A stretch of 64,000 nt of DNA. It comes from Octopus bimaculoides. Its lineage: Eukaryota. Below the pieces are notes generated by a model. The model was not told the DNA's origin and did no database searches. It saw only the letters and a program-made list of their open reading frames with translations. The stretch spans positions 60,256,956 to 60,320,955 of the forward strand of contig NC_068994.1 of NCBI RefSeq assembly GCF_001194135.2, in the 5' to 3' direction. Below, piece after piece: positions 37,400-49,690 of the stretch (position 1 is the first letter of the stretch; each line of letters opens with the position of its first letter). The translations under genes and the position numbers were made by a program.

Positions 37400-38720
37400 T
37401 CTGGTAAAGGAAGACAGACGACTACGCAAGAGAATGAAAGAGAAGTAAATAAAATACAGGAGATCAGGTAAAGTAAAAGAATTATATAAGGTAAAGGAAG
37501 AAAAGTGGTAAAAAAAACGGGGGGTTGTAAAGAAAGTGGTCAGAATGAGATGAAGACTGACAAATATATAAAGGTAAGGAAATACAAGTAGGTATGTTTA
37601 AAGGAGCATATTTAAGTAAGATAATAGATGAGAACAAAATAAGATAAAGGACCTGATAAAGTAAGATAAAGGGCTAAATAACATAAAGGACCAGAGAATA
37701 ACGAAAAGGAGCGCAACTAAATAAGATAAAAGGAACTGACACTCTTTAGACTTCTTTATAGAGTTCTGTGTTTATTGTATTTCATTGTTCTCTTCATTTA
37801 CCGTGTTTCTAAAGAAGAGGACTGAATTAGGTAAAGGAACACAAGTGAAGGAACGCAAGCTGCACAAAAGAAGGCAACTAAAAACGGGAAATGGAAAGCA
37901 TTAAAAAGAAATTGTTAAAAGATCAGTAAATACCATAAAGTAAAAGGGGTGAATAAGTTGAAGGAATGAAGAATGGGATTAAATTAAGATAAAGGGACAC
38001 ATGAGGTAGAAGAACAGAACGAAATAAGAGACAGAAGTAATTTAGCCAAGAGAAAATAATTAAGTTAAAAGAGCAGAATATATTAAGGAATACAACGCAA
38101 TGACAATAATGAAAGCTCGTTTAAAATCACTAAATAATACGATAAAATCTTTGTCATCGGCTGATGTCTGAAACGTCTATATTGGGCTTTAATTGGAAGG
38201 TTTTAATTGGAAAGATCTTAATTTTTCATTCTGTATGCTTCTTTCTGGATGAACAATAAGTTTTCTCTTTGGAGATCGAAACAACAAAACTTTCAAGCCA
38301 AAAAAAAAAAAAGAACATTACAGAAGGTAAAACATGCTGCTGCCATTTTAAGTAGGGGAAACTGGCGAATGGCTGACCTGTTACCTGAAGGGGAAGACCT
38401 TAATGAATAGGTTGCCGTCGATACTATTGCTTTGTTTAATCAAATTAACATTGCTGTATGGAAGAATCATAGGATTTTGCACAGTTGTGCCGTAATGTTT
38501 GCGGGGCCGAAATACGAGTACCACTGGGTCGATGGTCAGATTGTGAAAAAATCGATCAAGCGCTCTGCCCCCAAATATATTGATCACCTGATGACTTGTG
38601 TACAAGACCGGTTTGCTGTTGAAACACGAAACAAAAATATTAATAAGATAAGGTTACACAACAAAAAAGGGAAGAGAACAAAATAAGTTAAAGGAAAAGT
38701 ATTAAAATTGAGATAAACTG
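37400..38720. repeat. Decayed purine-rich minisatellite (core AATAAGATAAAGG), interrupted by non-repeat DNA including the MOB1 copy
   Basis: Recurrent aataagataaagg variants in 37600-38100 and again at 38640-38720. Confidence 0.5.
38256..38626 (+). pseudogene. MOB1: MOB1 (Mob1/phocein family kinase activator) pseudogene, 5' half, probably processed
   Basis: Stitched translation (I)SFLFGDRNNKTFKPKK..NITEG..KHAAAILSRGNWRMADLLPEGEDLNE*VAVDTIALFNQIN..SCAVMFAGPKYEYHWVDGQIVKKSIKRSAPKYIDHLMTCVQD matches the MOB1 N-half; start ATG appears as ATA, stop at 38408-38410, frameshifts. Confidence 0.93.
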
Positions 38721-39976
38721 AAAATTATTTATGAGGAATATGTTTCTTTTTTTTTACACACATTTTTCAGTGACCCTCTTTCGGAAAATGAGACTACGGC
38801 AATATACATGAATAAAATTTAGAGAAAAATTAAACCACAATCTATATACAACATTGGATCTCAACTAAGGATCTCAAGACAAAATAGTATCAGAAATCGA
38901 ATGTTTAAATGAAAGAAAAGTTGTTAATAATGAAACTGGTTGCTTTGAGTTTGTGTATTTATGTATAACTTTGTATTGATGCTTGAATAATTGTTGTGTG
39001 AAATATTTTATCCGTATTTCTGTTCCAGTACTGTATCCGTAGTTACATAAATCTCTTCAATAGATAATGGTAATTAGTCATCCATTTTCTGTCATCTAGG
39101 CAGGGAGGGATGGGCACCGCCTCTGTTCCTATATTTATCAGAATATTTGAGACATGACTAAAAAAGGAGAAATGATCGCAAATCAAAACTTGGTATGAAT
39201 TCTTCTAACGAAGTGAACTCCACAGAAACTCCCAAAGGACCAGGTGCTTGTGTTCAACAAGCTGACCTACATCCATACATCTTTTTCTGTTGTCTTTGTT
39301 TGAACTCATTACTACAGTGAAGTAAGTGTTGATGAGGTGATTCGTATCTCATCTGTTCTCTGCGAGACATTATATACTTGTTGCCTTCGCATCTAAAATC
39401 TTTATGTTAAAGTCAGCCATGTTGTAGATACATAGTTGTATACTAAAAAGTTTTCAGTCGTGTGAAGGTCTTTCCCATTATAAAACCACAACTATTTTTA
39501 CTTGGTTTAACTCAGGTTCGGTTTTATTCTTGATAGGATTTATGTGGGTAGCGGGTTACTACCTGTAACCTTAAGTATTCTATTATTATTATTAGTAGTA
39601 GTAGTATGCACTTTCTTCTGCACCCACCTCCACAACTCCATGCTATTCGCCTTTGCCTTCTATCCCTGGCTCTATTCAATTCACTTGTGTTGTACAACTG
39701 CTATTGAAGTGTTTTCATATCTGACATCTGCAGCTACAATATTTGCCAACATCCGCTGTTTAATTGTTCCTTTATTCTTTCCACTCATACATATTAAAAT
39801 AAAAAAGAAAGCCAACGATATACGTTGGTGTACTGCAAAAAGAAATGATAACTATCTCTTCCTCACGGCACATTAACAAACTTCATTTTCATTTTTTGCA
39901 TTTATCGAAATTGATGTTTTCGGCCACTCTCTACCTACCACAACTCTTACCATTCCTTTCATTATATTTCATTCCA

Positions 39977-40017
<41 letters not shown>

Positions 40018-40374
40018 CTCTTCTATAATGCAATATATTCACAAGCGTTTTAAACTGCCTTCTCTTTTCTCCATTAACGCTCTTTTATAATGTTCTCATT
40101 TAGACATTCATCAATGTATTAAGCTGCTGTTCTGCATTATATAGATCTGTGCTTGCTGTGTTAAACCACCGATCCCAATTAGACAGCCATCACCCTGCTA
40201 GATTGTTTTACATCGTTCATTCTCAACTCTATTAAACTTCCTTATCACACACATACACACACAGCTGTATGAAATGCTCCTAAAATGTTTAGACACACAC
40301 ATACACACGCACATACATATAACTGTTTGTCATTATTCTACGTCACATACATCCAGCGCTATATAAAATTTCTA

Positions 40375-40782
40375 TCAGGTCATCCTATAAGTTCTGTCCG
40401 ATTTTACCTTTTTTAAATTTGAAATTTAATAGTATTTTAGCATGTCTAATGGAATTTAAAATTATTTTTATGCATTTGTGTACATTTAAACTAATTAGAT
40501 ATTATTTTACAGAATAAAAGAATTAGAATTTCTTTGATTAAAACCCTTTCTAACATGGAAGTATCCAAAGAGCATTTAAGGCAGCTAATGCTTTATGAGT
40601 ACAAAAAAGGAAACTCTGCAGCCGAAGCAACTCGAAATATACTCTCAGTTTATGGGAAAGAATGCTTGAATGAAAGAACTTGCAGAAGATGGTTTGCAAA
40701 ATTCACAAGTGGAGATTTCAGCCTTGAAGATGAAGATCGAACAGGACATCCAGTTGAGTTTGATGATAAGCTCCTTGCGGCA
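40375..40782 (+). mobile_element. Mariner 5' end: TIR and N-terminal HTH of transposase
   Basis: TA|tcaggtcatcctataagttctgtccg TIR-like start; MEVSKEHLRQLMLYEYKKGNSAAEATRNILSVYG..LNERTCRRWFAKFTSGDFSLEDEDRTGHP. Confidence 0.9.
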
Positions 40783-40789
40783 GGCTCCT

Positions 40790-41331
40790 TTCAGTTTCCG
40801 AGAGAGAGCTGAACAATGGTATGAACAGAAACCAGCGGGAGTAATGGAAAATGAACATTACAAAATGCTCTGGGATTTTAATATGCAGTGCGACCAAGTC
40901 ATAGAGGCGAGATGACCAGATATCGTGACCATCCATAAAGATGAAAAAGAAGTAAAGATACTAGATGTTGCAATACCATGTGATTCGAGAGTGAAAGGTA
41001 AGGAAACAGAAAAGATTGAGAAATACCAACCACTGCGGGATGAAATAGGAAAGTCATGGGACACGAGGAAAGTAATGGTGATACCGGTGGTGGTTGGAGC
41101 ATTAGGAGCGGTTTCCAAGGGCTTTGAAAAACATATTAAGAATATTGGAGCAGCTGTCGGGCTCCAGGTGATCCAGGAGACAGCATTGTTGGGTGCAACT
41201 CGCATTCTAAGGAGAGTATCGTCTCTTTGAGTCACAGGAGAAGAAGGCACTACTTGAAACGTTTCGGGATTTGTTGTTGCCTGCCTCCAAGTAAAGAATA
41301 ACCAGAAATTAAGAACTATCCGAGAGTCTTT

Positions 41332-41332
<1 letters not shown>
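40790..41332 (+). mobile_element. R4/Dong-like RLE element 3' end, followed by (TAA)n
   Basis: WYEQKPAGVMENEHYKMLWDFNMQCDQVIEAR*PDIV..KEVKILDVAIPCD...KIEKYQPL...VIPVVVGALG..ALLGATRILRRV. Confidence 0.92.
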
Positions 41333-41393
<61 letters not shown>

Positions 41394-41432
41394 TGATGAT
41401 GATGATGATGATAATAATAATAATAATAATAA
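41333..41432. repeat. (TAA)n/(GAT)n microsatellite
   Basis: Direct. Confidence 0.95.
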
Positions 41433-41601
41433 TACAATCTGGATGTATTACAAAAGTCGGCATTACTTGGAACTGCATGCATATTGCGTAAAGTACTGTC
41501 TGTCTGAGGTCCTTGTTGTGACTTGACAAACAGTACAAACCCCTCGGTACACACAATATCTTCAATCAACAACCTCACAATATTGTATACTATGCGACGT
41601 C

Positions 41602-41602
<1 letters not shown>
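41433..41602 (+). mobile_element. Short 3' terminal stub of a second Dong-like element, followed by (TAA)n 41603-41670
   Basis: YNLDVLQKSALLGTACILRKVLSV* plus 3' UTR. Confidence 0.8.
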
Positions 41603-41656
<54 letters not shown>

Positions 41657-41670
41657 GTAATAATAATAAT

Positions 41671-42270
41671 CTCTTGGCCTCCGGAGGACGCCCGATACTA
41701 AGGCAGCTGAAATAAAGTTATAATGAAAGGAAACCATAAATGATAGATGGAACAAACAAGTCAGTGCTGTGTTCATGGAGTGTTACTACCTGAGCAATCC
41801 TGTAGACGAAAATGGTGTTCAGATTAGGGGATGCCGACAACGTATGTATGGTCAATAGAGGGAAAGAGGATTGTTTTAACTCACGGAACGGAGATTATGT
41901 GATCAAGCTGGAGCATTAAGAAAAAACCGTTGGTTCACAGAAGCAGAGCTCGAAGCTATCAAAAGACGGGTATTGGAAAACAGAGAGAGAGAGGGAACGA
42001 TGGAAATACGGTTCCTACTGATAAAAGTAATCTCACAGCAGGAAACAGAGGTGAAATCCCTAATAAACTACAGGAAAGGAACAGTGATAGCTTGTTCGAT
42101 GAGAGACATGTAGATGGTTTGGAAGAAGACAATAAAACTAATGGTGACGTCACACATGGACAAAAGGCAATCTACGACAGAATAAAGGCAAGGTTACAGG
42201 CAGCAAGAAACATAATGGAAGTGACACAAGTAAAGGTCCATGGTGGAAAAGAAGAAGACAGGCGGGGTTA
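41671..42270 (+). mobile_element. 5' end of a third Dong/R4-like element
   Basis: VFMECYYLSNPVDENGVQIRGCRQRMY and TERRLCDQAGALRKNRWFTEAELEAIKRRV resemble the R4/Dong N-terminus. Confidence 0.75.
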
Positions 42271-43196
42271 GATATGCTCTCGAAGGACATTTGTGCTAGG
42301 CCGAAAAGAGAAACTGCTTTGTCGAAGACGTATCTTGTGAATTGCTCAAAATACGGAGTAGAAAAACAGTCGACAACTGATGAAGGGTCGTTTTTTTATG
42401 CTGTTTGTTTTGTTTTCCATTTGTTTCTTTCGCTGTTCGCAAAAACAGTTCATATTTCATGTTGTTTATGTCCTGTGACGTCCTGTATATACATATATAT
42501 GTAAGTATGTACATATACATATATGTATATATGCATATATATATTATTTATATTATTATATATATATATATATATATAGATATAGATATATAGATATACA
42601 TACATATGTATGTATGTATGTGTGCGTGTATGATTTTATTTTAAGTTTGTGAATATCTGGTTGAGTTGGTGTGTTGGTGTGCATAAATCGAAGTGTGTGC
42701 ATCTATTCACATAAGAATCTCAGATGAAGAATTTTTGGAGTGTCTTATAAATGTTCACTATGCCACTAATAGACTGGATTTGGAGAATCCACATCGGTTC
42801 CTTTCGCTATTTACCGTGAAAAGAGAGTGTATGTATGTATGTATGTATGTGTGTATTTATATATGTATGTATATATGTATGTATATGCATGTACCCAATT
42901 CTATGTACGTACATCGATATGAGTTTTCTCGCAAATATTGAGTAAAAAAAACTACCAAGCGAAAAGAATAAATAAATAAATACAATCAAAATAAATAAAC
43001 AAATAAAGGGCCGATAACTTCGCCGTTGGTAAAATATTTTTTTCCTCAGCCTAGCGGTGAAATTGAGAACTAATTTCGTTACCAGGGAGGTTGCGTGAAA
43101 TATCGTTGATGGCGGTGGCGACATCAGCGAAATCATCATCATCATCATCATCAAAAACAGTTATAGCAACAAAAATCTGATAAAGTAGTCTCGAAT

Positions 43197-43284
43197 GCAA
43201 TGGCTGTGACAGTATTGATCCGAAGTCTATGATGGCTGCCGTCTCCTTTCGCTGCCATTGTCTCTTGCCATTTTCCGTCTTTGA
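43197..43284 (-). repeat. 88-bp arm of the perfect inverted duplication (partner 34217-34304), running into a gap
   Basis: Exact reverse complement; N begins at 43285. Confidence 0.95.
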
Positions 43285-44744
43285 NNNNNNNNNNNNNNNN
43301 NNNNNNNNNNNNNNNNNNNNNNNNNNNNNNNNNNNNNNNNNNNNNNNNNNNNNNNNNNNNNNNNNNNNNNNNNNNNNNNNNNNNNNNNNNNNNNNNNNNN
43401 NNNNNNNNNNNNNNNNNNNNNNNNNNNNNNNNNNNNNNNNNNNNNNNNNNNNNNNNNNNNNNNNNNNNNNNNNNNNNNNNNNNNNNNNNNNNNNNNNNNN
43501 NNNNNNNNNNNNNNNNNNNNNNNNNNNNNNNNNNNNNNNNNNNNNNNNNNNNNNNNNNNNNNNNNNNNNNNNNNNNNNNNNNNNNNNNNNNNNNNNNNNN
43601 NNNNNNNNNNNNNNNNNNNNNNNNNNNNNNNNNNNNNNNNNNNNNNNNNNNNNNNNNNNNNNNNNNNNNNNNNNNNNNNNNNNNNNNNNNNNNNNNNNNN
43701 NNNNNNNNNNNNNNNNNNNNNNNNNNNNNNNNNNNNNNNNNNNNNNNNNNNNNNNNNNNNNNNNNNNNNNNNNNNNNNNNNNNNNNNNNNNNNNNNNNNN
43801 NNNNNNNNNNNNNNNNNNNNNNNNNNNNNNNNNNNNNNNNNNNNNNNNNNNNNNNNNNNNNNNNNNNNNNNNNNNNNNNNNNNNNNNNNNNNNNNNNNNN
43901 NNNNNNNNNNNNNNNNNNNNNNNNNNNNNNNNNNNNNNNNNNNNNNNNNNNNNNNNNNNNNNNNNNNNNNNNNNNNNNNNNNNNNNNNNNNNNNNNNNNN
44001 NNNNNNNNNNNNNNNNNNNNNNNNNNNNNNNNNNNNNNNNNNNNNNNNNNNNNNNNNNNNNNNNNNNNNNNNNNNNNNNNNNNNNNNNNNNNNNNNNNNN
44101 NNNNNNNNNNNNNNNNNNNNNNNNNNNNNNNNNNNNNNNNNNNNNNNNNNGTGGTAGATGCAGAGGTGATGGTGGCGCTGCTTTAATGTAAAGTATAATA
44201 TAAATTCGCACTACACACCACTTACCTCTCCACTCGGTGAGGGTGGGCAGCTGTTTCACGAGACTACAAGATTTTAGTTATCCATCAAAGCGAAAGCGGC
44301 GGGAGTGGGGGGGAGGGGCGAAAGATAATCATCAAATTTAGTGTTGATTAGCTAAAAGGATGTTGTTTACGCGCACATGTGTGTGAGTGTGTGGGGTTAG
44401 GTGCATGTATGTGCGTATGTGTGCGCGCGCGGTGTTGTGTGTATGCGTGTGTGTGCGCATTTGAAAGACCACCATGTAAGTGCATGTGTATAAGTGTATG
44501 TGTTCAATTGAACGAATAGTTGCTTTTGTTTATGTGTCTACACACACACACACACGTCTATATCGACGTAAATGTGTGCATATATGTCGTATTTAAGAGT
44601 TGTAAAATATATTGAGTGTATATTTTAAGTAATGCAAACATTATCTGATGTAGAGCTTAATATGATGGACAGAGAAGATAGAGCTGTCGTAAATAGCCCA
44701 GCCTGAGGGGAGACTATGAGCAGACTATGGAGATATTCTTTTAA

Positions 44745-44935
44745 TTCTTTTATTTGTTTCAGTCGGCCATGCTGGAGCACCGCCTTTAGTCTAAGAAGTC
44801 GACCCCGGGACTTATTCTTTGTAAGTCTGGTACTTATTATATCGGTCTCTTTTGCCCAACCGCTAAGTTACCGGGAACGTAAACACACTAACATCGGGTG
44901 TCAAGCGATGGTGGGGTGGGAGGACAAACACAAAG
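44745..44935 (-). mobile_element. SINE-like family C
   Basis: Reverse complement of the 52131 copy. Confidence 0.8.
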
Positions 44936-44960
44936 ATATGCACATGCATATATATACATA

Positions 44961-45118
44961 TATACGACCGGCTTCTTTCAGTTTCCGTCTACCAAATCCA
45001 TTCACAAGGTTTTGGTCGGTCCGAGGCTATCGTAGAAGACACTTAATCAAGGGGTAGGACTGAACCCGGAACCATATGGTTAGGAAGCTAGCGTCTTACA
45101 ACACAGCCGCACCTGTGC
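44961..45118 (-). mobile_element. SINE family B
   Basis: Reverse complement of the 51387 copy. Confidence 0.85.
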
Positions 45119-46466
45119 ATATATATATATATATATATATATANNNNNNNNNNNNNNNNNNNNNNNNNNNNNNNNNNNNNNNNNNNNNNNNNNNNNNNNN
45201 NNNNNNNNNNNNNNNNNNNNNNTGTGTGTGTGTGTGTGTGTGTACATATAAACATGTATATATACACATATACACATGCTTATAGTCAGATTTTCTGTTT
45301 GTTCAACGACGGCAGTATTATGGCCGACCGCGTGAATGTAAAAAGAAAGGAGAAAACAAGATGGTTGTGACTGATATAATTAATGTGGTTCTCTGTTTCG
45401 AAAACTAAGAATAGTCATTTGATGTCCCTCTTGATTAGTATGAAGGCTTAGGTTGCTCAACTACAAACGAAAGCAATATTTCGGGACTTATTAAGGTGTT
45501 CGCCAAAAGAGAGACGTTACTTCAGAAGTAGTTGTTATTGAGGGATCGAAATATACCTCAGCCATGACATTCTTGGGGCATTACGTATTAGTTCAGGTTT
45601 TATCAAAATATAAACAGTGATACGATGGTGGCTACGAATTTTGTGATAATCATTGACTTTGCTATTAATATCAGCAGAATCGATTAACTCCGTTAATTGT
45701 TACGATATGTAAAAGTACTCAGTGATTTGGTGGAAAATTTATAGAATATAGCGAACTTCCTGGAGCAAAGGAAGAAGAATTTGGGATGGAGCAAGCACCA
45801 TGTTGGCTGAAATATCTAACATCGATACAAAGATTAGGAAAATCACTCCAAATGCTCTCTTTCCACATTTCTCTATAGATTCATTTTTATTTCGCTCTCA
45901 TTGACGCAATGAACTCCAGTATTGGATCGGAGTTGTTTTTGGAACTCTACAAAGTATCACTACTTTTTTCAAGTGGTTTACACGTCTTTCAATATAAAAG
46001 TAGAACACAAATAGATTAACTCTTTTGAATTGACTTTAAATAAATTTTGTGATGCTAGATCGGCAAAAGTATCAGAAATTTTGAAGAATTTGTCTGCACA
46101 AGTAGTTGCTCTACATAAACTCTCTCTAGCACATTATTGTTATTATTATTATTATTATTATTGTTGTTGTTATTATTATTATTATTATTAGTAGTAGTAG
46201 TATTGGAAGCTGAAACTTGTGAAATCGTTTCCACTTTAACGCTTTTCGAGTAAATAAGGATTGGGTAGCAAAGGCTCCGGTGAGAAGTGGCGTGAGTCAA
46301 TTAAGGATTAAACTCAACGATATTTATTGATAGTTTTATAAAGTAGGGTTTTACAGCTGTATCAGTAGATGCAGAGATGATGCATGTGCACCAAAGAAAC
46401 ACGCAATTCAGTAGGTAAAACGCTTATTGGTAAACATAAATATAGGCTCATATATAAACAACGGTG

Positions 46467-46499
<33 letters not shown>

Positions 46500-46607
46500 C
46501 TGCCTGCTAGTGAGTGCATGCATATCTACTCAGGTTGTCTCATAAGTATGCCAGTCTTTAACAGAAATTTTAATTAAAAAAGCTGACATACGTATCAGTC
46601 ACTCGTT

Positions 46608-46666
<59 letters not shown>

Positions 46667-47096
46667 ATATAACGTGTGTGTAAGCTTCTCTGCACAAATA
46701 TATGCAGGCATGTATACATGTATAAAACTATGAATGCACTAATATTTCAGAAAAAAAAAAGCTAAGACGGATATAAAGTGAAGATGGGTGAGGTGAGTCT
46801 AGAGATGGTTTTGATTAAAAGATAAACTGAGTGAAGAAGAAGGAAAAGATATATATACACAGGTTGTTGAGTGGGAGAGTAAAGGTGGTGGTGGGGTGGC
46901 GGTGGCGTTAGAGGTGAGGAGAAAGAGGAGACAATGTTGAGAAGTGGTGGAATGGTGCTATAAACGAGAATGTTGATGTAAAGCGTATAAAATAGAAACA
47001 AGTACAAAGGAAGTAGGAAGCGGAAAAGGAGGAGGAGGAGGCAAAAGATGAATTATAATTTGAAATGGCTGGATTCCCGATTGTTAGTTAAACTAA

Positions 47097-47305
47097 GGTG
47101 ACGAGCTGACAGAGACGTTAGAGACGCCTGGCGAAGTGCTGAGCGATATTTCGTCTGTCTTCACGTTCTGAGTTAAAATTCCGCCGAGGTTGACTTTGCC
47201 TTTCATCCTTTCGGGGTCGATAAATTAAGTACCAGTTGCGTACTCGAGTTGATCTTATCGACTGGCCCTTTCCCCAAACGTTTCGGGCCTAGAGAAGAAA
47301 AGATT
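47097..47305 (+). mobile_element. SINE family A
   Basis: tRNA-like head, core tttcggggtcgataaattaagtaccagttgcgtac. Confidence 0.85.
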
Positions 47306-47561
47306 AATAGTAATTATAATATAGATGACTATTTCGTTAATAGAATGCAGTAAATCCATTGTTCCCGTTGAAACGACCATAAACTTGAAAGAAAAGTTAC
47401 TGTCGATGTCAACGGAAGAACCTTACTAGTTCTTATCTAATTGATTTGGGACAGGTGAAAATATGCCGAGCTGACACCTGCCGAAGTTTTTGGGGTTATG
47501 AAACTAAATATATGTATTCAGGGCTGATCTTCGTACGCACCACAATTCATCCCAATATATT

Positions 47562-47753
47562 GATTTCAAATTTTGGCACAAGGCCAGCAATTTTGGGGGA
47601 ATCGATAAATCGATTACACCGGCTCTAATGCTCAACTATCAACCCCGGAAGGATGAAAGGCAAAGTCGACCTTGGCGAAATTTGAACTCAAAACGTAAGA
47701 ACGAACAAAATGCCGCTAAGCATTTGCCCGGCGTGCTAACGATTCTGCCAGCT
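47562..47753 (-). mobile_element. SINE family A
   Basis: rc head agctggcagaatcgttagcacgccgggc, B box gagttcaaatt. Confidence 0.85.
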
Positions 47754-48592
47754 TGATGTCTTAATTTATCCCAATATCTCTATTTACCACCACAAACCCA
47801 ATAATACAGTTATTTTGAAGTATTTCTTTAAGTATCTCGTTGCCATGGTACTTGTTGATGTTGTCGTTGCCATGGTACCATTATATGCAAATTTGTTTAT
47901 ACAGCAGGCTTTGACTTTGTGAAATATTTCTCATTATACTGTTAAATTTCCTGAATGACACTGCTTTTATGGGATCCCTCGGTCTGCGAAAGATAGCCTC
48001 AAAGTTGCCTCAGAACCGTACTACACTTCTTCAAAAAGTAAGGGAACGGTGGAAATGCAGTCCAATATACACCATTCTTGAAAAAAGATCATAGGCTGTC
48101 TCGATGGTTAGAACTGACCTCTGCTAGTCACAAAAGTTGAAGAAAATGCAAGACTTAGCTCACGAGTCGATGAGATTTTGGTAATCCAATGAGAGGAGGA
48201 TAAGAAGGAAGAGGAGAAAAAAAACTGATTTACAATAATGCAATATCATTGTATTATAAGCAATAATACAAGTTAATAAAGCAACTGTAAGTTATTAAAA
48301 GAGAAATGATGTCTAATATTGGTACTGTTTGGATATATTTTGTAAGATGAATAAAATCGCTAAACCTGATATAGTATGGAAGATATCTTGTGAAAATACA
48401 TCTTTCTTATTAAAACAACAAAGTATTCAAATTTTGAGATGGCGCTCAACAAATTACAGTCAATGCAGTGATATCACTTTCAGGAAATACAAGCCGGAAG
48501 TAAAAAGGAGCGATCGAAATAACAGTCTTTACTTACTGGTAATCTTTTAACTCCAAGTAAATATTTGATGTTCTGTAAAGAAAAGAAAAAAG

Positions 48593-48669
<77 letters not shown>

Positions 48670-49237
48670 TACAGATATATTTTTATCAGTGGGAACACTT
48701 ACTACTATTATTCTACAAGTATTTTCTTCTCAGTCTTTAATGACTATGTCTGGTCGATTAGCCTGGATCGTTCTGTCAGTGTTGACTGGAAAATCCCAGA
48801 GGATAGTAACATTTTCATTTTCAACGACTGGCTCAGAATGATGTTCATACCAGTTAGCAGGAGTGCTGATTTTGTAGTGTCTACATATTTTCCTATGTAA
48901 ATACTGTCCTACCCTATTGTGGCGATTTTTGTATTCGTTTGGTGTCAGCATGGGACATCCCGAGACGAGATGGTCTTTTGTTTCGTCAAATGTATCGTAG
49001 ACTCTGCATTTAGGGTAAGAACCGTTTTGAAAAAGGTTTGCCTGGTAGTTTTTGGTAAGCAAGCTTTGGTCTTGTGCCGCCAATATGAAACCTTCCGTCT
49101 CTGCTTTCAGTCCTGAGCTTCTCAACCACTGATGGATTGTTGCTTCGTCTACATCAGCATTTCGGGGTTCGAAGTATATACTGTCCATGCAGACCCTTCT
49201 GGCCTCACCGGTCCTCAATTTCTTTCTGCCCGTTCTT
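48670..49237 (-). mobile_element. R4/Dong-like internal fragment (zinc knuckle to RLE) flanked on both sides by (TAA)n
   Basis: WLRSSGLKAETEGFILAAQDQSLLTKNY..CRVY..DETKDHLVSGCP...RHNRVGQYLH...ILWDFPVNTDRTIQANRPDIVIKD. Confidence 0.92.
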
Positions 49238-49391
49238 TTATTATTATTGTTATTATAGGAAAACTCACAGCTTATTTTGCTGGGTATGATGGAAAGTGTC
49301 AGCTGTCCACAGCCAGCAGACTAAGGTGACACTTGTTTACTTGTCATTGTTATTATTATTATCATAATCATCATCATCTTTTATTATTAGG

Positions 49392-49690
49392 ATTTTATTG
49401 TCTTTGCACAGCTTCTAACGCTGGAGATGTACTACGATGTCGGCTGATCACTACCAGTGAACTAAGGTAACACCCCTTAGTTTTCGAGCACCATCCGGAG
49501 TATTCGAGCGGTTCCAAGCAGTGCTGTTTTCTGCAAGTGCTCCACCCTTATTGCAGCCCCTATTTGTTCCATGTATTTCTCTAACCACTGTTCCCAGGTC
49601 TCTGACAATTATTGGTACTACAACCACCTTTTTCAGTAACCACAACTATTTAATCTCCCAGTCTAATCTGTCATATCTATTGGTCAAACC
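49392..49690 (-). mobile_element. 3' end of another Dong-like element
   Basis: RYDRLDWEIK*LWLLKKVVVVPIIV...ALLGT-type terminus; downstream (ATA/TAA)-rich tract 49349-49390. Confidence 0.7.

Noticed and set aside
40534-41230. Possible mariner-HTH/RLE fusion gene
   Set aside because: The two parts are in different frames and the RLE part has an in-frame stop; a junction of two dead elements
41333-41670. CRISPR-like repeat-spacer pattern
   Set aside because: The repeats are (TAA)n microsatellites and the spacer is a retrotransposon 3' stub; eukaryotic DNA with no cas genes
42377-42395. CTGATGAAGGG half-hammerhead
   Set aside because: No downstream GAAA or closing stem
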